Made by a program: the position numbers and the translations under genes
Shown: piece after piece, positions 1 to 10,576 of the stretch
Numbering within the stretch: the stretch's first letter is position 1
How the letters are laid out: every line of letters starts with the position of its first letter
The notes under the pieces: generated by a model
Told to the model about the DNA's origin: nothing
What the model saw: only the letters and a program-made list of their open reading frames with translations
Databases searched by the model: none
Assembly (NCBI RefSeq): GCF_006345805.1
Contig: NC_043009.1
Location: forward strand, 18,228,001 to 18,292,000
Origin: Octopus sinensis
Lineage: Eukaryota
Direction: 5' to 3'
DNA length: 64,000 nt

Positions 1-760
1 TCCTCGTCGAAACAAAAGTCCGGAAGAAAACCAAAACTTTCAGATAGGGGCCGTCGGACTCCTACACGAATTGTTTGAAAGGATCACAAAAGCACAGCTC
101 CCAAAATTACTTCAGAGCTTAATGACCTCTTCGAGAACACAGTTTCCACAAAAACTGTTTGCTGGGAGCTGCCCAAAGCCGGATTTCACGGGAGAGCTGC
201 AGTCAGAAAACCACTACTTTCAATAACAAATGTTGCAAAGCATTTAGAGTGGAGTAAAAACCTACAGAATTGGTCTATAGAGCAGTGCAAGAATGTTATT
301 TTCTCGGACGAGTCATCCTTTACTTTATTCCGACCACCGGCCGAGTATACGTGTGGAGACAGCCAAAAGAAGCATTTGACCCAGACTGCTTTCTTCCAAA
401 TGTTAAACATAGAAGAGGATCTGGGGTGGGGCTATATCTTAGAAATCCGCCGGCCCGATGTTTTCCCTTCATGGCAGAATTAAATTAATATTTAAGCATT
501 TTATCTGATTAAATTCATCCTATGGTTGCGGAACTGTTTCCGGGGGGAAACGCAATCTTTCAGGATGATAATGCACTGATTCACACAGCTAAAGTTGTTG
601 CTAAATGACACGAGGAACATTCTAGTAAAGTTTAACATCTTATCCGCCACAATCCCTTGATCTCATTATTATTGAACATCTATGATGCATGTTAGAAAAG
701 TAAGGAGTCGATATGCTCCACATCATCACTACAAGAACTGGAGACTGTTTTAGCTGATCT
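1..760 (+). pseudogene. Tc1-family (DD34E-type) transposase relic, frameshifted, 5' end beyond window edge
   Basis: Manual translation from nt 16 gives KSGRKPKLSDRGRRTPTRIV*KDHKSTAPKITSEL...GFHGRAAVRKPLLS...KNVIFSDESSFTLF, then after a frameshift PTTGRVYVWRQPKEAFDPDC..VKH. Later IFQDDNA.IHTAK and decayed PQSPDLN.IEHLW follow. These are Tc1 HTH and catalytic motifs, interrupted by stops and frameshifts. Confidence 0.9.
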
Positions 761-819
761 ATACATGTAACTTACAATAAATTTGTTGAGTGCGCTTCTT
801 TTGTTTGTCCACTCACTCT

Positions 820-868
<49 letters not shown>

Positions 869-920
869 ATGTATGTATGTATGTATGTATGTATGTATGT
901 ATATATAAAGAAGGCAGAAC

Positions 921-2065
921 GAGTATATCAAGCTACTTATAATAACTTAATTAGGGTGAGGTGAATTTGAAATCTTACAGCTGTTTCTGAGATACCCCAA
1001 GCGATATCCGTACACTGGGTACTCTGTCATCAGAGACAAGGTATGTTATGAAAGTTCTCGACAAGGAAGTTCACAGTTTATAAGGAATAAAATAGAGGAA
1101 TAAAGAGTGAAAGTAGATAGAAGAATATTGACAAGAGAAAAAGTCCCTAGTTCGTCTTTTTCCATAGGGTATGGCGGCTGGTCTGTACTTCCGTGAAGGT
1201 ATAGGCCCTTAGCTATAATTCCAGGTGGATCCAAGCAGTATTTTGACAGTGTTTTGAATGATACGTTCATATTGAGTAAGTGGTTAGCTACTATGTAAGT
1301 GGCCCACGTGGGTGTATAGAGTGAGAAAGACATCAAGAATACTCAGAAATGGGTTGTGAGTGAATGGATAAAAGAGAAAGGAGAAAGAGAGAAAAGGGAA
1401 AGGAATGGGATAAGTGCAGGAAAGAATGGGAGCGAAAGTAAAATCAAAAATCAAAAATAAAAATAATAAATAAAAAATAAAAAGGGTAAAAATAGAGATA
1501 AAATGCCAGTATTATTCTTAGTAAGTGTCGGTCCGGGGTGAGAGGGTAGGGGTTAAGGTTTTGGTAAAGTGGAGGGGGAAGGAATTCATGCCTATTAAAT
1601 AGATGAAATCTCGGTTAGGTGTGGTCAGTGGCCAATAGGAATAGCTGAAAACAGAAGCCAAGCTTAAGGGTGGGGTATATAGGATAAAATTACAATTAAA
1701 TGGATATAAAAAATTAGAATTTAAAAGTTAAAAACTAAGTCAAAAGCAAAAAATAAAAATTAAAAGTTCATTAAAAAATTAAAGAATTAAAGCTACTTAG
1801 TTTCTAAGGTACTTATGTTGATAGAGAAGAAAAGGAAAGGAAAAACGTGGATGCATATAGGTAAGTGTTATGTATGTTGATTTTGCTTCCATTTGGAACT
1901 ATGGAAGAATCTAAAGGTGCGAAAGAACTTGTGCTTACATTTAGAAAATGCTTTGTATTGTTTATTGAGCAATTGTGGTGAATTATAAATTAACATTTAA
2001 AGGGCTTCTTTCGGGCAGAGTCCAGATATGGAGCGCTGGCCATGGTATGGGACACGGTGTACGTG
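921..2065 (-). mobile_element. Repeat copy 1 of a non-coding PLE pseudo-LTR-like family carrying a hammerhead motif
   Basis: The reverse complement of about 930-1400 aligns by eye with 2440-2641 plus 3501-3770. The HHR core lies at 973-1036. The right boundary is approximate. Confidence 0.6.
973..1036 (-). ncRNA. Minimal type I hammerhead ribozyme motif (stem II base non-canonical)
   Basis: Minus strand reads TCT-CTGATGA-CA-GAGTACCC...GGGTATCTC-A-GAAA-CAGCTG-TA-AGA. It has a palindromic stem III ACAGCTGT, a GUA cleavage triplet and stem I TCT/AGA. Confidence 0.65.
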
Positions 2066-2400
2066 GTTAGTTAGTTAGTTAGTTAGTTAAATTTTTGGCT
2101 TAAAAAGCAAAAAGCAAGGCCATGTAGGGGGACATGGAGTTATGTACAGGGTGGTGTTCATGTAAAGAGTTCAGGCCACTTGAGGTCAAGGGAGACTTTG
2201 AACCGAGCGGTCGTCGGCATCTTCACCATCTCGTCCGGCAGCTTATTCCACGGATCCGCAACCCGGACGGAGAAAGCCCCTCTCCTTCGATTGAGATGAA
2301 ATCGTCGCAGATAGAGCTTTTCGGAATGACCCCGCACCCAACGCTCTGGAGCAGGAGTGAAGAACAGCTCTTTCGAGAGGTTACACTTTCCGCTTAGGGG
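2066..2400 (-). mobile_element. CR1/L2-type LINE 3' end with (TAAC)n tail
   Basis: ORF 2158-2430 contains VRGHSEKLYLRRFHLNRRRGAFSVRVADPWNKLP, the conserved CR1 ORF2 C-terminus. It is followed by a short 3' UTR and a (TAAC)n tract at about 2066-2091. Confidence 0.85.
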
Positions 2401-2641
2401 ACGTGGATTTGCTATGCTCTTCATATTCAACCGAGTTTAGATGTGCAGAATATCTTTCTTTTTTCTTTTCCCTCTCTTTCTCCTCTCTCTATTTTATCCA
2501 CTCACTCGCAACACACTTCTGTCTGTCTTTCTCACTCTATATACCCACGTGGACCGTAAATGGTCAACATGAACGTATCATTCAAAATACTGCCAAAATA
2601 TCGCCTGGATCTGCCAAGGATTATACCTAAGGGCCTACACT

Positions 2642-3500
2642 GGATCTTTGTGGTTTTCGTCGAAATCTTTAAATATTTTGTTAATGTATCATATGGTTGT
2701 AATTTTTGACGCTGAATCCGAATCTGTTATTCTTTTATTCCTAAAATATTTGCGAAAATGTTACAGGTGTTCAAAGTTTGATAATTTTCGGAATGTTTAG
2801 CCAATCAGAAAACAGTGCGTTCGCTGCCTCTTCCATCATCAGGTGGAGGGGGGGGGGTCCAGCATGTCAAAACATTAAACTAGCGACAGTAAACAACAAG
2901 AAACATTTAAACATTCGTGAAAAAATTAAATATTTAAGAGCTACGAGCAAACCAACATAAGTTGCTAGAAATAACAGTCAAAACATTGCTTAAAACCGAC
3001 ATTTATTAGTTTAAAAAATTCAAGAACACAAGTTTGCAATACACTCTAGAATTTTATAAAATAAATCATCTTTCGCATATCTCCTCCTCCACATAAATTC
3101 ACAAAGATAAGAGTCAACCATGGAACGGTGTGTCCCACACCGGCGTTTGTTTCCATGATTTAGAGATGCCCAGGTACTTTCAATTTGGTGAGTGTGAGTC
3201 TCATCTATTATGAAAACAAACAATTATTGAACACGTGGTGGTTACACTCCTTGTGCGCATTTGCAGCATCTTTAGTTACTATGAAAACAGATTTCTTCGT
3301 CACGGTGATGTGTAAAATACTCGCTTCAGATTGGTTAAAATACCCAAATTTTGCAAATTTTAAAGGCTAATAACTTTTAATTATTGGTTTATAGGAGAAA
3401 TGAATTTCATTTTCATAATTAGTATACAAAATAATCTATATACCAAATTTGAAAAAAATTGGAACAAAATTGTAGACAGTGATGAAAACCACGAAGATCC
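2642..3500 (-). mobile_element. Non-autonomous Merlin (IS1595/ISXO2-like) DNA transposon, internally deleted
   Basis: The 20-bp TIRs GGATCTTTGTGGTTTTCGTC (2642-2661) and the reverse complement of GATGAAAACCACGAAGATCC (3481-3500) match at 18/20. The flanking 8-mers are CCTACACT and CCTGTACT. Minus ORF 3020-3223 reads HTHQIESTWASL..GNKRRCGTHRSMVDSYLCEFMWRRRY, resembling the ISXO2-type transposase C-terminus. Confidence 0.85.
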
Positions 3501-3663
3501 CCTGTACTTTCACTGAAGTACGGCACCAACCTCCACGCCCTCTGGAAAGAGATGAATTGTGAAATTGTTTCTCCTGTCTGTATTCTATCTACTTTTTCTC
3601 TTTATTCCTCTATTCCTTATAAACTGAATTTACCTGTCTAGAACTTTCATATATACTCGCCTT

Positions 3664-3727
3664 GTCTCTGATGACGGAATACCCAGTGTACGGACATGCT
3701 AGCCTATCACAGAAACAGCTGTAAGAC
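3664..3727 (+). ncRNA. Minimal type I hammerhead ribozyme motif, stem II decayed
   Basis: GTCT-CTGATGA-CGGAATACCC...CCTATCACA-GAAA-CAGCTG-TA-AGAC. Core, stem I and palindromic stem III are intact, but the 3' strand of stem II is mutated. Confidence 0.55.
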
Positions 3728-3951
3728 TTCAAATTTACCTTATCCTAATTAAATTATTATAAATGACTTAAGATACTCGTTCTGCCTTGATTTTTGTTGT
3801 CCTTTTCCTCTTAAGCTAACGCAGAAGCTTAATACGGATCCCTAGCTCCAGCCTCAGCTCTGAACTTGGAATCTAACGGATGACCAATTATAGCACTTAC
3901 TCATCGTACCTATTCGTTTAGATTACCAGTGAACTAAACTCCCCATATTCT

Positions 3952-4007
<56 letters not shown>

Positions 4008-4399
4008 TGTTTGTGTGTTTGTGTGTGTGTTTATGTATGTGAGTGTATACATAATTGCAAACACACACAAACGCTCATGCAGGCACGCACGTACACACGC
4101 ACACGCACATATATATGTACTGCGTGTTTAATCAGGGTTGTATCCACAGGTTTAGACATCCAGTCTTTAGCTATATATACTCAAGTATGTAATACAAATG
4201 TGAGATGAGATGGATAATAGTAGATCCTTTCAGTAATCGAGAACCTGCAACACACACACGCGCGCACACACATGCATATACGTACATACATATATAATAA
4301 ACCTACATACATACATACACACATACATACATAACAAACTTAAATAACAAATATTGTTATTTGAGAAAGACAAAAAAAATATGAACCGCCATAGAGTTC

Positions 4400-4483
<84 letters not shown>

Positions 4484-4484
<1 letters not shown>

Positions 4485-4770
4485 GTAACTACTGACAACA
4501 GCTCCGAAAGCTTCAGATTATGAATTTACATTTATACGAATAATAACTGGCGCACTTGATTTCGTGAGTAAATGCCTAAGTGACAACCTGGAAAAGTTAG
4601 GATTTTCAGAAAAAGAAATTAACCGGCTAACAGGCAGATTACAGATACAATCCGTAAGTGGAGCAGCGAAAATATGCAAGTGTTTCTTCAAGTTTGAAAA
4701 TGTGAATTTGTTTTCTTATCTACTATTCAACGATGGAACTTTGTATCTTTGTTAGACACTACCTCGTTCC
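4484..4770 (+). mobile_element. 3' end of an RLE-type non-LTR retrotransposon (R4/Dong-like, clade inferred)
   Basis: Decayed F.FI.II.GALD.VSKCLSDNLEKLGFSEKEINRLTGRLQIQSVSGAAKICKCFFKF plus 3' UTR. It is homologous to 40970-41195. Confidence 0.75.
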
Positions 4771-5830
4771 TAAGAGGAAGGATATTTCTGAGCGATAGTT
4801 TGTCTGTAATATTGTTTGTACTGGCAGTGCGTCCCTTGTCAATCCTGTTAACAAAATGGCAAGGCTACATGCTGCGCGATATACAGAAAAGAATAAAATT
4901 GTCAGACACACATTTCTTTGTTGATGACATAAAGTTATATTTTGATAACATGATCAGCATCAAGACACAAAAAGAACTTGTCACAACATTCTCTGGAAAC
5001 ATAGGAATGGAGGGTGAGCAAGCTAATGCTCGTACACGATAGTCAACAGAAGAAAGATTGCCGACCAGAGAATATATACATCAAGGGCTTGTCTATCTCC
5101 CCTATCTCTAATGATGAAAACTATACGTATCTTGTGGTCGATGAGAATGTTGCATACGTTGGTGCTGTGACTAAGGCCAAAATAATAAAAGGGTATTTCT
5201 GTAGACTCCGGAAAATATGCAACTCAGAGCTGTCTGCATTTAACAAGACAACATCACACAATACTTTTGCAGTGTCACTTCTAGTACCAATATTTGGGAT
5301 ATTAGACTGGACATTTGACGAAATCCGCAGCCCGCACATGAAAACGAGAAGGCTATTGACTACAACTCGCAACTTCCACATCAACAACGACGTCGATAGG
5401 ATGTATGCGAGACGAAGACTTGGTTGTAGAGGCATAGGGTCAGTCCAAATAGCCTTTGAATGTCGCATTGTATCACTCAGACAACACCTCCTGTAAAGTA
5501 ACGAAATAAATTAGTACATTCCATGCATACTCAAAAGCGAGAACAACAGAGTTGGAGAAGAACTGCCGTGCAGGTACTCTGAGAATGCAACTGTCTCATG
5601 TAATCCAAAGGAGGCTGAACTGGCTTAGCTAAACAGAAGATTGGAGGGGAAGCAGGCATCACACCAGCAAAAAGCAATACGTGGCTACACATCTCGAAAA
5701 CTACAAGATCGTAACAGCATTGTCAAGAAGAGTAGACTCTCCTTGACCTGTGGTGGACACATTACACCTAGAAGGATATGCTCTCAATGTCCAGGATCAA
5801 GAGATAGCTACTGATAAATAAGAGAGACAA
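4771..5830 (+). pseudogene. Reverse transcriptase fragment of an R4/Dong-like non-LTR retrotransposon
   Basis: RGRIFLSDSLSVILFVLAVRPLS (GIFQGDSLS motif), THFFVDDIKLY (YxDD box), ICNSELSAFNK..HNTFAVSLLVPIFGILDWT, DVDRMYARRRLGCRG and later EGYA..VQDQEIAT. There are multiple stops and frameshifts. Confidence 0.9.
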
Positions 5831-6331
5831 AGATTGAATATCTTGGTATTCCAGCTTTTTTCTGCCAAAAGTGTAATGCATTCAGTGGCACCGAACTGTC
5901 TTGCTTCTCCTAGAGCCTGGCTTTAATGATTGCTGGTGTGTGTGTGTATCTGTGTGTTTGAGTATATATGTAGGTATAGACGTTCAAATACTTGTATGTA
6001 AAACATTGTTTGTACATACAAAACATGTGTGTATCTGGGAATGTGGATGTTTGTGCATGTACTACTGTGTATGTGTTAATTTGTGTTGTTAGCATGCATT
6101 AATAATATACATTTCTATATGTGTTCGTGTGTACGCACGATTGTGCCGATGAGACGTTCTCTTCGCAAACGTGATACATTGGGAAAGCGCCAATGTGTGT
6201 TTGAGACATTTGGTTATTAATTTTAGCCGGTCACGCGACCCGTTTTCTCTCTCCTTGACTCGTATTATATTGTGAGCGAGAATAATCCTTTCTATTATAG
6301 GTACAATGCTTATAAGTGTGTGTGTGTGGGG

Positions 6332-6501
6332 GGGTAAGCCAATTACATCGACTCCAATGTACAACTGGTCTTTATTTTATCGACTCTCGAAGAATGAAAG
6401 CAAAGTTGACCTCGGCGGAATTTCAACTTAGAACGTAAAGATGGACGAGATGTTGCTAAACTTTTCATCAGGCGTGCTAACGATCCTGCCAGCTCTCCGC
6501 T
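6332..6501 (-). mobile_element. tRNA-derived SINE, family A
   Basis: The reverse complement begins GCGGAGAGCTGGCAGGATCGTTAGCACGCC with A-box and B-box-like motifs. The body is shared with 20771-20990, 48717-48897 and 49672-49880. Confidence 0.85.
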
Positions 6502-7644
6502 TTTATAAGCGAGAAATTTGTCTAAATGTTGAAATCAAGTCCCTTTCATTATCCATGGTTATCTAATTTTAAAACAGTTATGGTCGGACACACTATTTAC
6601 CCATTAATTTAGGCACTGTTTTCGCATTATAGTGTCTAATCAAGAGGATTGTTTTTCTCGTGATTAATTTCCGAAGTCAATTCCTAAGCACCTGAATAAA
6701 TGAAAGAAAGACAGACAGACAGAACGAAAGAGTTATAATAGTTATAACAACTAAAAAAGATACTAAATAGAGTAATTTCCCTGTGAAACCGCAATGTATT
6801 TTCCAGTCATACTTTCTTGTCAAAGAGAAAATAAATCTTTCTTTAAGCATGTTTAACATCTTACAGTCTGTTGTTAAACTGTTCAACATTTTGTTTTGTT
6901 TATTAACTTCGTTCTTCCCACCACTCCACGTTTGTTCTAACCATCCTATGACCAACACGCTTCTTCTACTTCGTCACTGTAACATGCTCCTCTTCCTCTT
7001 TAATACTTTTTCTTCTTTCCTTGCCTTATTCAAGGAAAAGATTGGGGCGAGCTGACACGAAGAAAATATATCACCACATGATAAAGACACACACACAAGC
7101 ATATTCATTATATATATATATATTTATTTATATCTATAAAGTAGTGTGTGTGTAAATACATACATACATAAAACATACATACATGCATAGGTATGTATAT
7201 ATATATATATGTAACATAAATAATTAACTTCAGGCATTTCATGCGCCTCCAGTTAATTAATTCCAGGTTGTACTATTTGCAGTCTAAATATTAGAACTGT
7301 TCCTTTCGGAGTGAGGGGGTAACAAACGATGAATTTGGTGTCCGTAGCTAATGGGACGTGACGATACAGAAAAACATACATCCTACGGTCCGATGACGTC
7401 ATTCACAGCCTAGTGGGCTGGGGTTTTTTTTTTCATACGCATTGTCTTTTTGGAGAATTTTTCTTTCGAGACTGTCTCTGTAGTGAAGGTCTCCAAATGT
7501 CCGCGTTTATACGAGAATGTAGTGTACACGCACAAGTGCGCACGCTCATATACACACATATATGTATTTAAAATATATACACTCACAATATATATGTACA
7601 TTTCTGTTACACACACACACACACACACTCTTAATCATATGTAT

Positions 7645-7842
7645 ATTACGGAGATGTACCTGCATAGCAAGTGACCTTATCTGAGATCGTGTATTGAAAC
7701 AAAAACAACTGCAGCGTGGTAGGTATTTATAAGCCATTTAAAAACACAAAACCCGTTAGATACACTTCAACATTTAAATTTAATTTGCCAAAATACTTTC
7801 GTCGCTTTGAGGCCGCGACCTGATCACTGACAAAATTCCGTA
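7645..7842 (-). mobile_element. About 200-bp non-autonomous repeat carrying a variant hammerhead
   Basis: A second copy at 39028-39213 has the same left boundary (TTACGGAGA) and collinear sequence. The ends read ACGGA...TCCGT and lie next to AT/CA microsatellites. Confidence 0.75.
7784..7834 (-). ncRNA. Hammerhead ribozyme variant with G3:C8 swapped core (GUGAUCA)
   Basis: Minus strand reads TTTGTCA-GTGATCA-G-GTCGC-GGCCTCAAA-GCGAC-GAAA-GTATTT-TGGCAAA. It has a 7-bp stem I, a 5-bp stem II and the same layout as the canonical-core HHR at 43041-43086. Confidence 0.65.
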
Positions 7843-8329
7843 TATATACATGCACAAACATCCAGAGAGTCGCCATTAGCATGAATATGGACAATAAAGA
7901 GGAATTAATATATTCTAAACACTATATAAAGAAATTCTTAATGAGAGTATCTTCTCTTCAACAGAGGGGTAAACGCAAAGGCCTTGTGTCAGTAATGAGA
8001 AGTGAAAATGATCTCCAGAATAAAAAATTCTCTTGAATTGATATGCCATTAAGGAAGGTCTCTCTGATTGTCTGCAGACAAAATGTCAGTTCCGGATAAG
8101 TTTTTCTGTTTCAGGAGGAAATTGACTCCAGCAGACGAGATACCTAGACATATACAATAAGAATAGAAAACATTTATGATGTACAGTATTTTTCATAACT
8201 TAAACTTGGTTTTGTTTTTCGAATTTCTCATCATGAATCGTTCATTGTGATTTAGGCATCATGAGAGTATATATATGTATGGATATGTATGTATTTAAGT
8301 ATGCATGCATGAAAGTATGTATGTATGTA

Positions 8330-8345
8330 TATATATATATATTAT

Positions 8346-8407
<62 letters not shown>

Positions 8408-8444
8408 CATACATACATACACACACACACATATATATATATAT

Positions 8445-8477
<33 letters not shown>

Positions 8478-8570
8478 ATGTATATGTGTATGTGTATATA
8501 TTTTGGCTAAATGTATGTACATGTGTATGTTATATATTTTGGCTAACCTAATGCTCTTATATATATTATA

Positions 8571-8635
<65 letters not shown>
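8330..8635. repeat. Compound (TA)n/(CA)n/(TG)n microsatellite
   Basis: Directly visible. It is the source of several IYIY ORFs. Confidence 0.95.
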
Positions 8636-8638
<3 letters not shown>

Positions 8639-8993
8639 CATTGAGTTAGCCAAAATGTTTGTTTGTATGCGTACTCGTTAGACATCTGACACAGTAACCT
8701 AATTCGATGGGAAACTTGCGACCATGAAAATAGAGAACCAAAACACACATTATTACAGGTATAAACCTGAACATGTAAGCTGGATAGAGTAACTGCAGAT
8801 TTCTCAATAGTTCAGTATAGGTGTTCTCTTTTTCACTGATGTAAGTATGTATGCATGTATGCCAGTATTATGTATGTATGGATGGATGGATGTCGGCAAA
8901 TCAAAACTGAAAAACAGGGAAAAGAACAAAAGTCGTACACAGTGAATATATTAGGTTGACGTCAAGTGAAAGTTTTAAATGGGGAAAATGGAA

Positions 8994-9025
8994 GTGACGT
9001 TTCGAGCATGGCTTTTCGTCGACAA
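8994..9025 (-). ncRNA. Degenerate minimal hammerhead motif
   Basis: Minus strand reads TCGACGA-A-AAGC-CAT-GCTC-GAAA-CG-TC. There are two core substitutions and a mismatch at the base of stem II. Confidence 0.35.
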
Positions 9026-9177
9026 GAGTAAGAAGTCCGGAGAGGAGGGAAACGAGGAAGGTGTAGATAGTCCGACATAAGCACGATACCTACGCACGCA
9101 CGCACGCACACCGATAATTTTGACGATTTGAAGAATTTGCAAATTGGTTTCTATATTTTCGACTTTCGAATTTTTAA

Positions 9178-9381
9178 ACAGAGAGAGAGAGGGAGGAAAG
9201 AAAAGAGAGAGAGGAAAGAAGAGAGATAGGGAAGAAGAGAGAGAGGGAATGAAGGGAGGGAGGGGAAAGAAGAGAGAGAGGGGGAAAGAAGAGAGAGAGA
9301 GAGGAAAGAGAGAGGGGAAGGAGAGAGATAGGAAAGAAGAGAGAGAGAGAAAAAGAGAAAGAAACGGAGTGAGTGAGAAAC

Positions 9382-9424
<43 letters not shown>

Positions 9425-9430
9425 AAGGAA
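9178..9430. repeat. GA-rich purine tract
   Basis: (GA)n with GGA/AAG interruptions. Confidence 0.95.
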
Positions 9431-10064
9431 GACAGAATTAATCGTCGAGGGATATAATTCCGATATAAAGCTGATATTTTTTCCCTGGCACCACCTTAAA
9501 TTGAGGTTTTACTGATTCTTTATGGAATGTTCGAAGTTAAGGATTTCTATATCCGTCTCTGTGTGTCTGTCTGCTTCTCTCTCCCTCTCAGTTTCTCGAT
9601 CCCTCCCCCTCTATCTCTCCCCCTCTTTCTGTTATTCACTCGCTTTCCCTCTCTTTTTATACGAGTAGCAGTTTGATTAGTTACGCTTCGCTGATCACAA
9701 AACTTTTAGTGATTTAAAAGGAAATATTGAGAATAGATTAGGAAGAAGCAGGAAAAAAGATTGAAGGAGTCAAAGAAATACCACGAACGCTCACGTTCTA
9801 AATAAATAAAGATCCCAACATCAAGATCTGCACCCACTTCATCTAATCAACCAATCAAAATTAAAGCACAGTCCTCCTGGGAGTCAGAACCCCCCCAAAT
9901 AACAGAGACTGATCGATAACATTTATCTCTGATAATTTCTTTAGAAGGCTTATTTTCAACATCCGTGCTCGTGATTTCACCCCCCCCCACACCGTTTACA
10001 ATGACCTTTTACTGACCTTACCATAACATTTTCTTTTAACTGTAAATTTTTTTTTGTTTATCTT

Positions 10065-10368
10065 TTATCTTTTACTTGTTTCAGTCATTAGCTTGCGACC
10101 ATGCTGGGGCACCGCCTTGAATTTTTAGTCGAATGAATCGACCCCAGTACTTATTTTTAAGCCATACCAACACCGGTTGTCAAGCGGTATTTGGGAACAC
10201 ACACACATATATGTATATATATATATATACGATAAGCTTCTTTCTACCAAATCCACTCACAAGGCTTTGGTCGGCTATAGAAGACATTTGTCCAAGGTAC
10301 CGAACCCGGAACCATGTGATTGGGAAGCAAGCTTTTTGCCACACACTCGCTCCTGCGCAATTTTTTTT
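10065..10368 (-). mobile_element. tRNA-derived SINE, family B (long, with internal microsatellite)
   Basis: Shares ACCAAATCCACTCACAAGGCTTTGGTCGGC and CATGCTGGGGCACCGCC segments with 28300-28665 and 38490-38900. Confidence 0.85.
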
Positions 10369-10443
10369 CGCAGTTAGTTTTTCATATACATTATTTACAT
10401 TATTTAAATTTGACGTATATTTGTCCTCATCTTGTTTGTTGTT

Positions 10444-10490
10444 AACACAACGTTTCGCCTGATATACCCTCCAGCCTTCATCAGGTGTCT
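10444..10490 (-). ncRNA. Minimal type I hammerhead ribozyme motif
   Basis: Minus strand reads AGACAC-CTGATGA-A-GGCTG-GAGGGTATAT-CAGGC-GAAA-CG-TT-GTGTT. It has a 5-bp stem I, an AACGTT palindrome at stem III and one G-G mismatch in stem II. Confidence 0.7.
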
Positions 10491-10541
10491 TGGGCATATT
10501 TCGAACCTGGGTTCTCGTTCCTAAGGTAGTTTTCGATGTAC

Positions 10542-10576
<35 letters not shown>

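Larger units (their letters stand above)
2430..3790 (+). mobile_element. Repeat copy 2 of the same PLE pLTR-like family, split by a Merlin insertion
   Basis: 2440-2641 and 3501-3770 are collinear with the reverse complement of copy 1. The HHR motif lies at 3664-3727. Confidence 0.6.

Noticed and set aside
9685-9720. Other GTGATCA/GTGAACA heptamers (for example about 9692, 34384, 44723, 57777 and 58269)
   Set aside because: None is followed by a stem II plus GAAA and a pairing stem I. This also shows that the 7784-7834 match is not explained by the heptamer alone.
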